Source of the DNA: Candidatus Doudnabacteria bacterium
Lineage (GTDB): Bacteria > Patescibacteriota > Doudnabacteria > UBA920
Assembly (NCBI GenBank): GCA_023245895.1
Contig: JAHFJJ010000001.1
Span: forward strand, 7,621-71,620
Direction: 5' to 3'
Length of the DNA stretch: 64,000 nucleotides
Under the pieces are notes generated by a model. That model made no database searches. It saw only the letters and a program-made list of their open reading frames with translations, and was not told where the DNA came from. Made by a program: the position numbers and the translations under genes. Each line of letters starts with the position of its first letter. Within the stretch, counting starts at the first letter, position 1. This document shows, piece by piece, positions 8,809-17,250 of this stretch.

Positions 8809-8810
8809 AA

Positions 8811-8945
8811 GCAAAACTGCGGAGCCTTCTCCCCTGGCAAGGGGAGATGTCATGAGTGCATCCGAATGACAGAGAGGTCGAAACCGAGGAACACCTCATC
8901 TGTCCCTCAGATGCATTCGGGACATCTTCTCCTCAAGGAGAAGAG
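8811..8945. repeat. Cluster of three hairpins between cyoC and cyoD
   Basis: tctcccctggcaaggggaga, then a degenerate family-B core (gagtgcatccgaatgaca ... gatgcattcgggac), then tcttctcctcaaggagaaga. The ORF-track N-terminal extension of the cyoD ORF (8856) is encoded entirely by these hairpins. Confidence 0.55.
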
Positions 8946-8972
8946 GGTACACAAGGAATTGCAAACAAAAAT

Positions 8973-9311
8973 ATGGCAACATTCAAATCCTACATCACCG
9001 GCTTCATATTCTCCATCGCCTTAACCCTAATGGCCTATTTCGCCGTGGCCAACCACGCGCCTAATATACTGCCAATAATCCTAACCCTTGCCATAATCCA
9101 ACTATTCGTCCAGTTAATATTTTTCCTGCACGTCGGCAAAGGCTCAGACAGAATCTGGAACCTGGTAGTTTTATTTTCCACCGTCGGCATTGTGTTAATT
9201 CTGGTCTTAGGCTCAATTTGGATAATGGGGCATTTAAATTACAACATGACGCCCGGACAAGTACAGGAATTTATTTTAAAAGATGAAAGCTTAATGCCGG
9301 ATATGAAATAA
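8973..9311 (+). CDS. cyoD: Cytochrome bo3 ubiquinol oxidase subunit IV
   Basis: From MATFKSYITGFIFSIALTL it runs to about 113 aa with 3 TM helices, the size of E. coli CyoD. I prefer this start over the track start at 8856, which reads through the hairpin cluster. Confidence 0.6.
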   Translation: MATFKSYITGFIFSIALTLMAYFAVANHAPNILPIILTLAIIQLFVQLIFFLHVGKGSDRIWNLVVLFSTVGIVLILVLGSIWIMGHLNYNMTPGQVQEFILKDESLMPDMK

Positions 9312-9321
9312 CCGCTTATGT

Positions 9322-9424
9322 GTCATTGCGGGGAGTCCCGCCCTTTTTGCATAAAAGGGCGGGACGACGTGGCAATCCCTTACCTCGGATAAAAAGATTG
9401 CTTCGGTGCTACTGGCAATGACAA
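9322..9424. repeat. Composite palindromic element (family B ends, gtcattgc...gcaatgaca) between cyoD and cyoE
   Basis: Terminal inverted repeat tgtcattgc/gcaatgaca. Internal hairpins gtcccgccctttt-tgcat-aaaagggcgggac and gcaatc...gattgc. Confidence 0.65.
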
Positions 9425-9427
9425 AAA

Positions 9428-10318
9428 TTGCTTATGTTCAAAACCTACTACAAATTAGCCAAACCCGGAATTATTTACGGCAATGCCATAAATGCGATTG
9501 CCGGGTTTTTACTTGCCTCGCAGGACGGTTACGATTTTAGACTGTTAATGATAACCCTAATCGGTATTTCCTTGATAGTCGCCTCGGCCTGCGTTTTCAA
9601 CAACATTTGGGACGCGGAGATTGACGCCAAAATGGAACGCACCAAAAACCGCGCCATGGCAGTAAAATCCATAACAAAATCCAACGCGGCTGTTTACGGC
9701 GGCTTGCTTTTCATGCTGGGAGCAACTATTCTCCACTATCACATAAACGATGCCGCGCTCTTTGCCGCGTCTTTTGGTTTTTTAGTTTATGTATTCCTTT
9801 ATACCCCGCTCAAACGCCATACAATTTACGCCACGCAAATTGGCGCGGTTGCGGGAGCCATGCCCGCCGTTGCCGGATACACTGCCATAACGAATAATTT
9901 TGACCTTGGGGCCGGAATATTGTTTTTAATTATAGCCCTCTGGCAAATGCCCCACTTTTACGCCATAGCCATTTACAGGATGGATGAATACGCCGCGGCC
10001 GGTGTCCCCGTCCTTTCGGTTAAAAAAGGCATAAATTTTACCAAAATAAGTACTTTAATTTATTTAATAGCCTTTACTGCTTCTACCAGCTTACTAACGG
10101 TATACGGCTTGACCGGCTACCTTTATTTGGCGGTAATGTTGTTATTAGGCTTAATCTGGCTCTACAAAGGCGTAAAAGGACTTTCCGCCAGAGGCGGATC
10201 CGCCTTTGGCGGAAAAGTTGCTGACGATATTCTGTGGGCAAAAAAGATGTTCCGGTTATCGCTTATTATAATTTTGGCCTTTTGTGTTATAATTCCTATA
10301 GATAAATTTTTCAAATGA
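9428..10318 (+). CDS. cyoE: Protohaem IX farnesyltransferase (haem O synthase), carrying a 28-nt palindrome in frame
   Basis: UbiA-family polyprenyltransferase with about 9 TM helices and NxxxDxxxD (NNIWDAEIDAKMERT). It is the last gene of the cyo operon. Residues SARGGSAFGG are encoded by the palindrome at 10185-10212. Confidence 0.9.
   Translation: MLMFKTYYKLAKPGIIYGNAINAIAGFLLASQDGYDFRLLMITLIGISLIVASACVFNNIWDAEIDAKMERTKNRAMAVKSITKSNAAVYGGLLFMLGATILHYHINDAALFAASFGFLVYVFLYTPLKRHTIYATQIGAVAGAMPAVAGYTAITNNFDLGAGILFLIIALWQMPHFYAIAIYRMDEYAAAGVPVLSVKKGINFTKISTLIYLIAFTASTSLLTVYGLTGYLYLAVMLLLGLIWLYKGVKGLSARGGSAFGGKVADDILWAKKMFRLSLIIILAFCVIIPIDKFFK
10185..10212. repeat. Palindrome ccgccagaggcggatccgcctttggcgg inside the cyoE reading frame
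   Basis: The same 28-nt palindrome occurs intergenically at 10839-10866 as a perfect palindrome, and inside rpoD at 53916-53943. Confidence 0.7.
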
Positions 10319-10575
10319 TTTTAGTCTTCCACATAATAATAGCCTTAATAAGCCTCATGCAAACCGGATATGTATTTTTCCGTCCATCCGACTCCGGCCT
10401 TAAAGTTTCTTATGCCTTGGTTATTTTTACCCTAATTAGCGGTTTTGGCTTAGTGCTAAGCAAACCCGCAAACATGACTCAAGCCTGCGTAACCGGTTTG
10501 ATTTACCTTGGCTTTGTTTCTTTCGGAGTTGTTTCAGCAAGATACAGGCTGGCAAAAGCAAAAATAAATCCATAA
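10315..10575 (+). CDS. Small hypothetical membrane protein (2-3 TM helices) overlapping the cyoE stop
   Basis: Hydrophobic 86 aa ORF whose start overlaps the cyoE stop by 4 nt. No recognisable motif. Confidence 0.3.
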   Translation: MILVFHIIIALISLMQTGYVFFRPSDSGLKVSYALVIFTLISGFGLVLSKPANMTQACVTGLIYLGFVSFGVVSARYRLAKAKINP

Positions 10576-10584
10576 ATAAAAAAA

Positions 10585-10612
10585 TACCTCCGTCAGTCAC
10601 GGGGGTATTTTT
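10585..10612. terminator. Bidirectional terminator hairpin
   Basis: atacctccgtcagtcacgggggtat flanked by an A-run and a T-run, between convergent genes. Confidence 0.55.
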
Positions 10613-10622
10613 TTATTGAGCG

Positions 10623-10817
10623 CTATTTTTTGTTTAAAAATTTGGCCGCTTGATAGGCTAAGAAAAGCGCTACCGGCGCCCCTATCCAGCTCACCCACAA
10701 AGGTACTACAAAAGTGGAAATTTTTACCTGCCAACCATTAAGCAGGCGAAGCACATGGACTATGGCGATGACGGTAAAAATAACCGAAATTGTTTGCAAA
10801 TATATTTTTTGTTTCAT
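10623..10817 (-). CDS. Small hypothetical membrane protein, 64 aa with 2 TM helices
   Basis: Hydrophobic ORF between the terminator and the perfect palindrome at 10839. Confidence 0.3.
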   Translation of the reverse strand: MKQKIYLQTISVIFTVIAIVHVLRLLNGWQVKISTFVVPLWVSWIGAPVALFLAYQAAKFLNKK

Positions 10818-10838
10818 TAGTTTATAAGATTAATTTTC

Positions 10839-10866
10839 CGCCAAAGGCGGATCCGCCTTTGGCGGA
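10839..10866. repeat. Perfect 28-nt palindrome ccgccaaaggcggatccgcctttggcgg, the intergenic copy
   Basis: Its reverse complement is identical to itself. Same family as 10185 and 53916. Confidence 0.75.
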
Positions 10867-10975
10867 AATATTTAATATACTGATTATAACATACTTTACC
10901 AAACCTGGCACATTTCCCTGATGCCTGTCAGATACATATTGGCATAAGCCATTAATTTTATATTATTATACCCCT

Positions 10976-12205
10976 TTATTTCGGATTATTTTCTGCCGTG
11001 AGCCTTATTTTACGCGAAATAAGGAAACAAATTAAAATTAAAACCGCGCCGGCTAAGAACGCGTAATTTATGGCAAGCAAAGCAACCGCTCCCCCGGCCA
11101 AAGGCCCGACTATCTGCCCAAGGCTCATATAAGAAAAATTAACTCCCATAATCTCCCCCTGTCTCTGGGGCTCGGTTTCCAAAGAAAGTACAGTTGAGGA
11201 TAAAGTTTGAATTATAGAGTTAGACAGTCCCATAATTATAGAAGCTATAATAAGGCCGGTTAAGGTTTTAACAAAAAACAAAAGTGTGAAAGACGCTGTT
11301 AAAGTAAACAGCGCGAGAGTAAAAGCAGTAAGCACTCCCAATTTTTTACTTACCCTTGGCACTAGGAACAGCTGGCTAACCAGGCCAATGGCCCCGAACA
11401 TCACAAAAACCAAAGATACTCCCTTTGAAGTCAGGCCGATAATTTTTAAAGAAAAAGGCTGGAAAGCAAAAATAAACATACCAAAGGCAAAGGCCCACAA
11501 AAAGGTTATTAAAAGCGTGGAGCCGACCCGTTTGTCAAAAAGCGTTTTGCCCAGCTTTTTAAAGTCAAAAAGTTTCTTATGTTCCACTTGGCCAATATGG
11601 GGGTTGGTTTCGTCTAAAAGCGTAAAAGCCAAAATTACGGCAATAACGGAAATTATGCCGGCTATGATGAAAGGCAGGCTCATGGAGATTCCTACGGTCA
11701 GGGCGGAAATGGCCGGGCCGGCTATAAAACCTATGCCAAAGCACGCGCCAATAATCCCAAAACCTTTGGCTCGGTCCTGTCCCTCAATGGAGTCTGAAAT
11801 CACGGCCTGGGCCACGGGAAAGTTGCCCGCGGTCAAGCCATCCAAAGCCCGGGCCAAGAACAAGAACAGGGCGCTGGGGGCGAAAGCCATAATAAAGAAA
11901 GACACGGCTGTGCCTATTAGCGAAATAATCAGCAAAGGCCTTCTTCCATACCTGTCCGAAAGCATGCCAATTACCGGCGTAGATATAAATTGGCAAATGG
12001 AAAAAACAGAAAACAGGATGCCATTTTCAAAATCCGAAAGCCCGTATTTTACAGAATACGGATATAAAATAGGGATTACAATCCCGTAACCCAAAGCGCC
12101 CACCAAAGTAACCGCAGCAATTACTATAAGCCGTTTGTTGTTTTTAATCATAGGTTTCATTTTAGCAAAAAATCCCGGTTTTGCCAATGAAGCTCCCCGC
12201 GGCAA
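10976..12205 (-). CDS. MFS transporter, drug:H+ antiporter-like, 12 TM helices
   Basis: MFS motif A GMLSDRYGRRPLL, 12 predicted TM segments, 409 aa. Confidence 0.8.
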   Translation of the reverse strand: MPRGASLAKPGFFAKMKPMIKNNKRLIVIAAVTLVGALGYGIVIPILYPYSVKYGLSDFENGILFSVFSICQFISTPVIGMLSDRYGRRPLLIISLIGTAVSFFIMAFAPSALFLFLARALDGLTAGNFPVAQAVISDSIEGQDRAKGFGIIGACFGIGFIAGPAISALTVGISMSLPFIIAGIISVIAVILAFTLLDETNPHIGQVEHKKLFDFKKLGKTLFDKRVGSTLLITFLWAFAFGMFIFAFQPFSLKIIGLTSKGVSLVFVMFGAIGLVSQLFLVPRVSKKLGVLTAFTLALFTLTASFTLLFFVKTLTGLIIASIIMGLSNSIIQTLSSTVLSLETEPQRQGEIMGVNFSYMSLGQIVGPLAGGAVALLAINYAFLAGAVLILICFLISRKIRLTAENNPK

Positions 12206-12276
12206 GCCCTTTTACAAGCTCTTGCACATACTATCCTCTGCTTTGTGTGGATAACCTCCCACTAGAATAAATTTAG

Positions 12277-12942
12277 TCATAATTTTTTTAATAACTCTAA
12301 AGTTACCTCTCTAAGACTGCCGACTACTATGTCAGCCCTGGCGAAATTGTGGTCTTTAGTATAAATATTCGGAATGGCTATGGCTTTCATCCCGGCGTCT
12401 TTGGCAGAAATTATTCCGACATCTGTATCTTCTAAAACTATACATTCTTCCGGCTTTACTCCTATTTCTTTAGCGGTATGAAGGTAAATATCGGGATAAG
12501 GCTTACCCCTTCTTCCTTCCGCGGGCCCGACAATAGTACGGAAGTGGTGCTTAACCTTTAACTTTTCCAAAACTAAGTGCAGGAATGTTTCATTCCTATT
12601 GGAAGCCAGCGCGATTATTAATTTGTTTTCTTGGAGTAACGCAATAAGTTCGATAAACCCCGGAAATGCTTTAATTTCCTCCTCTTCCACCATTTTCTGC
12701 CAGTAGGCCCGCTTTTTATCCCGCACAATATCAGCATCTATTGGCAGATTATATTGTTTCTTAAAATTTTCATAATAAGTTTTTGCTTCCACAGCCCCTC
12801 CAATCTTATGCAACAAGCCGTTTTCATAGAGCTCGGCCTTTATTCCATATTCATTAAGCAGCTTTTCAAAAGAACGGGATTCTATAATCTCTGTATCAAG
12901 GATAAGTCCGTCCATGTCAAAAATCACAGCTTTGTATTTCAT
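12277..12942 (-). CDS. HAD-superfamily hydrolase, beta-phosphoglucomutase/phosphatase-like
   Basis: N-terminal AVIFDMDGLILDTE (the DxD motif of HAD subfamily IA). A C-terminal ...DTDVG... region. Confidence 0.75.
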   Translation of the reverse strand: MKYKAVIFDMDGLILDTEIIESRSFEKLLNEYGIKAELYENGLLHKIGGAVEAKTYYENFKKQYNLPIDADIVRDKKRAYWQKMVEEEEIKAFPGFIELIALLQENKLIIALASNRNETFLHLVLEKLKVKHHFRTIVGPAEGRRGKPYPDIYLHTAKEIGVKPEECIVLEDTDVGIISAKDAGMKAIAIPNIYTKDHNFARADIVVGSLREVTLELLKKL

Positions 12943-13403
12943 AACTTTTTTTTATAAAAAATTACTTCCAAAGGCCAGCCTTCGGTTGCCCTTCTTACTT
13001 CTGTAAACCCATATTTTTGGTAAAATTTTTGGGCTACAACCTGTTTAACAGTCGTATCAAGCACCAAATCCGTAAACCCCAACTGCCTTGCCCTGTCTTC
13101 TAATTTTTTCAGCATGATTTTACCTAATCCCTGGCCTTGCAGTTCAGGCAGCACCCTCATTCTTTTAATCTCGGCCGTTGTTGTAGAAATTTTTTTAAGC
13201 GCGCCCATTACAACCAGCCTGCCCTCCATAAACCCAACCAAAAACTCGCCTCCCTGCAAATACACCTCAGGGATTTTATCCAAGTCCCCGTCCCACTTGC
13301 CGCTTTTATAAAACGCCCCGGCAGACTTTAATGCCGCCTCATGAAGATTCTTTACCTGTTGCTTGTCAGCATCATCGTATTGGCGAAAAATAATTTTGTC
13401 CAT
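12939..13403 (-). CDS. GNAT family N-acetyltransferase
   Basis: Acetyl-CoA binding motif VLPELQGQGLGKIMLKKLEDRARQLG (Q/RxxGxG/A). Its stop overlaps the HAD gene start by 4 nt. Confidence 0.8.
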   Translation of the reverse strand: MDKIIFRQYDDADKQQVKNLHEAALKSAGAFYKSGKWDGDLDKIPEVYLQGGEFLVGFMEGRLVVMGALKKISTTTAEIKRMRVLPELQGQGLGKIMLKKLEDRARQLGFTDLVLDTTVKQVVAQKFYQKYGFTEVRRATEGWPLEVIFYKKKL

Positions 13404-13422
13404 AGTTCATTATTTATAAAAT

Positions 13423-14544
13423 TTACTGAAACTGAATATAAACCGGGATGGGAGTAAGTTTCAAGAGTTGCTGGGGTGTTAACATCCCGCCGCCCACAAC
13501 GTCGTTTTTATAAAAAAGTTTAAAGCCCGTGAATTGGATTGGCTCTTTATATACATACTGCTGGTAAGTATTTAGCTTGGCGCCCTGTCCGCCAAAGCCG
13601 TCCATGTCCATAACAATTTGGACTTCGGGAAGAGGCTGGATTTTTTTTGCGTTGGTGACCATTGCCTGGGTAAACCGGTGGACTATGAGAACTTTGGGCG
13701 TGAGGTTGTTATCGCGGACAATTTTTGCAAGATACTCCGCGGCAAAATTAAAATCAGCCGCGTCCAAAGTCCCTATTACGGTGCCCGGCCTTTGGCCGTT
13801 ATGCATGGCAAACTCCGGGTCTATGCCCAAATGCACATTGGGAAGTTTTAAATACTTTTCCAAAAGCGGGACTTCTGTTTGGACATTGCTTTGCCCGACT
13901 TGGATGTCCAAAAATACCAAACCGTGGATTTTATCAGCCATTGCTAATACTTTTTTTATTTCCGACTCCGGCATCCTTGCTCTATATTTTCCGTCGCGCC
14001 CTCCACCGGCCTGCGCTACTACCACAATGTAATGAAGTGCAGGGATTACTGGCGTAGTCGGATCGGCCTCCTGCCATTTCTTTACTTCGCTTGATAGTTT
14101 ATCCAGCATGACATCTTCGGTATACTCGCCCAGCACGCCCATGCCCTTTGAATATAAATTTCCGTAATAAGCCACTATCCGGTTAAAAGGCAAAAGCGCC
14201 CCGTAATTTGGGTAAACGGTTTTTACCGGCCATAGTAGGTTTTCCTTGCTCCCTCTCCCTATGGGAGAGGGCCGGGGTGAGGGTTCTGTGGACGTAGCAG
14301 TTGATGATGCGACTACAGGATTATTCGCTATCTGCTCTAACTTTAAATCATAAGCCACAAAATCCAGTTTAGGCGGTTCGGGAACGGGCGTTACTGTTTC
14401 CGCTGATTTAACCTGTCCGGGTTTTTGCATAACCGCAATTTTAGGATGGCTAAAAATCTTAAACTTCAAATAAAACCCTGCACATACCAAAACCGCCGCA
14501 GCCGTGATAAACCAAAAAACTTTATTTTTAAGCACATTTTTCAT
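13423..14544 (-). CDS. Membrane-anchored hypothetical protein with a Pro/Ser/Thr linker, carrying a short palindromic element in frame
   Basis: An N-terminal TM anchor followed by a large extracytoplasmic domain of unknown family. Residues SPRPSPIGRGS are encoded by the hairpin ccctctccctatgggagagggccggggtgaggg at 14251-14283. Confidence 0.45.
   Translation of the reverse strand: MKNVLKNKVFWFITAAAVLVCAGFYLKFKIFSHPKIAVMQKPGQVKSAETVTPVPEPPKLDFVAYDLKLEQIANNPVVASSTATSTEPSPRPSPIGRGSKENLLWPVKTVYPNYGALLPFNRIVAYYGNLYSKGMGVLGEYTEDVMLDKLSSEVKKWQEADPTTPVIPALHYIVVVAQAGGGRDGKYRARMPESEIKKVLAMADKIHGLVFLDIQVGQSNVQTEVPLLEKYLKLPNVHLGIDPEFAMHNGQRPGTVIGTLDAADFNFAAEYLAKIVRDNNLTPKVLIVHRFTQAMVTNAKKIQPLPEVQIVMDMDGFGGQGAKLNTYQQYVYKEPIQFTGFKLFYKNDVVGGGMLTPQQLLKLTPIPVYIQFQ
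14251..14283. repeat. Hairpin element ccctctccc-tatg-ggagaggg-ccggggtgaggg inside an ORF
   Basis: A related element, cccctctcttttcaaaagagaggggcggggtgag, lies intergenically at 56216-56250 immediately upstream of dnaG. Confidence 0.6.
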
Positions 14545-14609
14545 GTATTTACAGTATACGCCAAAATTAAAAAGCGCCCAAACGGACGCTTTTTAATTTA
14601 GCTCAAGCT

Positions 14610-15008
14610 TTATTTCGGCATGGACGCCGGGTCCGGCTGAATAACCCCAAAAATATTGCCCTCCGGGTCTTTGCGGTAGGCGAGCAAACCAACCCCAGGA
14701 ATATCCATTTTTTCCGTAGCAATAGTCCCGCCGGCTTTTTCTATTTTGGCAAGGGTCTCGTCTATACTACTTACCCCAATGGTGCAGACAAACGCGTTAA
14801 CGGCCGCGCCTTCTTTGGGCAAGTCGCCTTTGCGCAAAACCATGCCGCCGTTAATACCCATATCTCCGGGTTTGCCGCTTACCAAAACGCGGTAGCCACC
14901 AAATGCCTCGCCCATGGCAGACACTTCCCAGCCAAAACAATCCTGGTAAAATTTTTGCATTGCATCCATGTCTTTGGCATGGATTTCAAAATGTACGACA
15001 CGATTCAT
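14610..15008 (-). CDS. VOC (glyoxalase/bleomycin-resistance/dioxygenase) family protein
   Basis: 132 aa. HFEIHAKDMDAMQKFYQDCFGWEV is typical of PF00903 proteins. Confidence 0.7.
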   Translation of the reverse strand: MNRVVHFEIHAKDMDAMQKFYQDCFGWEVSAMGEAFGGYRVLVSGKPGDMGINGGMVLRKGDLPKEGAAVNAFVCTIGVSSIDETLAKIEKAGGTIATEKMDIPGVGLLAYRKDPEGNIFGVIQPDPASMPK

Positions 15009-15072
15009 GGTAATTTCCTTTCTTTTTTAATATTAATTTTTCCTATATAATACTTATAAATAAGGAGGTCTT

Positions 15073-15336
15073 ATGGCATCTGTCCTATATAGCGCGGAAG
15101 CGCTTGCGGGAAGGCTGGACCGGCTTTTTCCGACCGGAGGCAGGGAAGAAAAAATTGAGCCAATACGGGATGACTGCGATGAGTTGGCTGAATTGATTAC
15201 CGAGGTCTGGGATTCTTTGCCGCAAACTTTGCAGAAACGCATTCAAGACATTGAACTGGAAGTATGCAAACGGGAGCCTTTCGCCCTGCGCATCCTGCCT
15301 TGGGTAACAATCGAAATCCTTGATGACCTTGGGTAA
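15073..15336 (+). CDS. Hypothetical small acidic protein
   Basis: Strong Shine-Dalgarno AAGGAGG 6 nt upstream of the ATG, and a terminator directly after it. Confidence 0.5.
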   Translation: MASVLYSAEALAGRLDRLFPTGGREEKIEPIRDDCDELAELITEVWDSLPQTLQKRIQDIELEVCKREPFALRILPWVTIEILDDLG

Positions 15337-15344
15337 CCCCCACC

Positions 15345-15379
15345 CTAACTAGGGCACGTTAAACCGTGCCCTGATTTTT
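15345..15379 (+). terminator. Rho-independent terminator
   Basis: agggcacgttaaaccgtgccct followed by gatttttt. Confidence 0.65.
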
Positions 15380-15897
15380 TATCCCTGGGATGCTTTTTCC
15401 AAATCCGCGATTATTATCTTTTTCATTTTCAGCATGGCTTGCATTACTCGGCCCGACTTCTCCTTGTCCGGGTCGCTTAAAAGCTCGCCCAGTATCTTCG
15501 GGGTAACCTGCCAGCCAAAACCATATTTGTCCGAAAGCCAGCCGCATTGGGATTCCTTTCCGCCGCCCGTAATAAATTTATCCCAAAAATGGTCAACTTC
15601 TTCCTGAGTTTCGCATTCAATAAGCAGCGAAACTACTCCGCCTTTTGGAAAAACGCCCGGACCGCCGTCTAAAGCCATAAACCTTTGCCCTTCCAGTTCA
15701 AAAATCGCGGTTATAACCTTGCCCGATACTTCCTTTGGCCAAGGCGGATTTGGGATGTTCTCCGGATATTTTTGCATGCTTACCACCCTAGAGCCGCCTT
15801 TACTTTTTGGCGCGCTGTTAAAAAGTGACACATAGAAGTTAACGCCCTCTTCACAATCTTTCTCAAACCATAAACATGGGGTGATTTTTTGAACCAT
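15379..15897 (-). CDS. VOC-superfamily protein of the PhnB/YjdN type
   Basis: The N-terminal ITPCLWF motif is characteristic of this family. 172 aa. Confidence 0.65.
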   Translation of the reverse strand: MVQKITPCLWFEKDCEEGVNFYVSLFNSAPKSKGGSRVVSMQKYPENIPNPPWPKEVSGKVITAIFELEGQRFMALDGGPGVFPKGGVVSLLIECETQEEVDHFWDKFITGGGKESQCGWLSDKYGFGWQVTPKILGELLSDPDKEKSGRVMQAMLKMKKIIIADLEKASQG

Positions 15898-16132
15898 AAA
15901 AATTCCTTAATTGGCTCTACTAGATACTTAAATTTACGAAAATACAAAATCTAAGGTTTAAAGCTTTAGTATTTTATTTTAAGTTTCGCCTGCCTGCGGT
16001 AGGCAGGTATTTAGTAGAAAAATTTAATAATTATTTTATATGATTTATTGTAGCAAAATTTTGGCTTTTGTAAAAAGTAAAACGTTAATTTTTAATTATT
16101 GTTCTTATAATACTGCTAAGCCCTTACCAACA

Positions 16133-16351
16133 TGAGCCCAAAAACCTCTGTCATCCCGGAATTTTTTGGCACGTCCGACGTAGCTTTAGCGAAGTTGGAA
16201 GGGCTGTAAAAATATCCCTGCCTACCGCAGGCAGGCGGGATCCAGAACTTGGCTTATATACTGGATCCCGGCTCTCGGATGTCGTACCTTCGGTAGATCT
16301 GCCGTAGGCACGACATTCGGCCGGGATGACAGACTAAGGGTTTTTGGGCTC
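16133..16351. repeat. Composite nested palindrome of about 220 nt, MITE-like or a structured RNA
   Basis: Outer inverted repeat gagcccaaaaacc/ggtttttgggctc. Inner inverted repeat ctgtcatcccgg/ccgggatgacag. Internal pairs cgggatccag/ctggatcccg and cctgcctaccgcaggcagg. The last unit also occurs in opposite orientation at 15991-16010. Confidence 0.55.
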
Positions 16352-16367
16352 ACGTCTTACCAGCCAA

Positions 16368-16410
16368 ACAAAAGCGCAACCCCAACCATTGAAGGTCGTG
16401 GTTGCGCCTA
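16368..16410 (-). terminator. Terminator for the membrane-protein gene at 16448-17017
   Basis: On the minus strand it reads gcgcaacc...ggttgcgc followed by ttttgttt. Confidence 0.5.
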
Positions 16411-16447
16411 CGAAATACGCTTTGCTCTAAAAGACCCAACCGGAAAG

Positions 16448-17017
16448 CTATATTTTGCCTTTAAAAAAAGCGTTAATCTCGCGCTCTATTTCCTTGAGCG
16501 ACTCGCTAAACTTTTCTTCGCGCGAATCTACCTGCTTGGACATAAGCCAAGGCCATACGCATATTCCGGGCGCGCCGACCAAAACAGCCAGTACTAAGGA
16601 TTCCCAGTCTGCGAGCCGAAACCCCAGATAAATCCCATATAAGATTGTAAATCCGGAAGCCGTCCATAAGCCTGCCATAGCCAGCTGTTGCCATAAGGCA
16701 AGCTCCCCAAAGGGAACTTTTCTGTTGGCCGTCGGGGCGCGCGCGGGCATTGGCGTTTTCTCCTGGCGGATAGCCTCCTTTAAGGCTTGTGTTAAATCAG
16801 TCCTCTCTACCGGGGACACGGAAAGCAAGAACGCTGCCCCCATTAAAACAAACGCGACGGAAATATCCAGGTAGCTGGCAAACTCTCTCCAAAAAGCGCT
16901 AATAGGACGGTTGGTTTCATGCAGGATAAGTCCGAACATAAGTGTGACCGCGCAAAAGACCAGTAAAAGTCCTAAACGGCGCCTGCTGGAACCTTTTAAG
17001 AGCAAAAGTTTCTTCAT
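16448..17017 (-). CDS. Hypothetical integral membrane protein with 4-5 TM helices; higher GC than the flanks
   Basis: Hydrophobic 189 aa ORF with an Arg-rich N-terminus. Its GC-rich codon usage resembles the neighbouring island. Confidence 0.45.
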   Translation of the reverse strand: MKKLLLLKGSSRRRLGLLLVFCAVTLMFGLILHETNRPISAFWREFASYLDISVAFVLMGAAFLLSVSPVERTDLTQALKEAIRQEKTPMPARAPTANRKVPFGELALWQQLAMAGLWTASGFTILYGIYLGFRLADWESLVLAVLVGAPGICVWPWLMSKQVDSREEKFSESLKEIEREINAFFKGKI

Positions 17018-17250
17018 GTGCCCTCCTTATTTGATTCTAAATTATATCAATTAGGATGAATGTATGCAATCTTTAATATAATCTGTCAATTATTTTTAAC
17101 GAAATAATAATTAAAATTACCTTTAAATTAAAGCAAAAATTATTATTAATTTATATTATTCAAAATTAATTTACTATATTTGGTTGTATAAGTATATTAC
17201 TTAAGCCACTCAATTAAGGGCGGTAAATACAACCACAAAAAGAGGAAAAA

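Noticed and set aside
8856-8972. Track start of cyoD at 8856, which would add a 39 aa N-terminal extension
   Set aside because: The extension is encoded entirely by a hairpin cluster. A start at 8973 gives a protein the size of E. coli CyoD.
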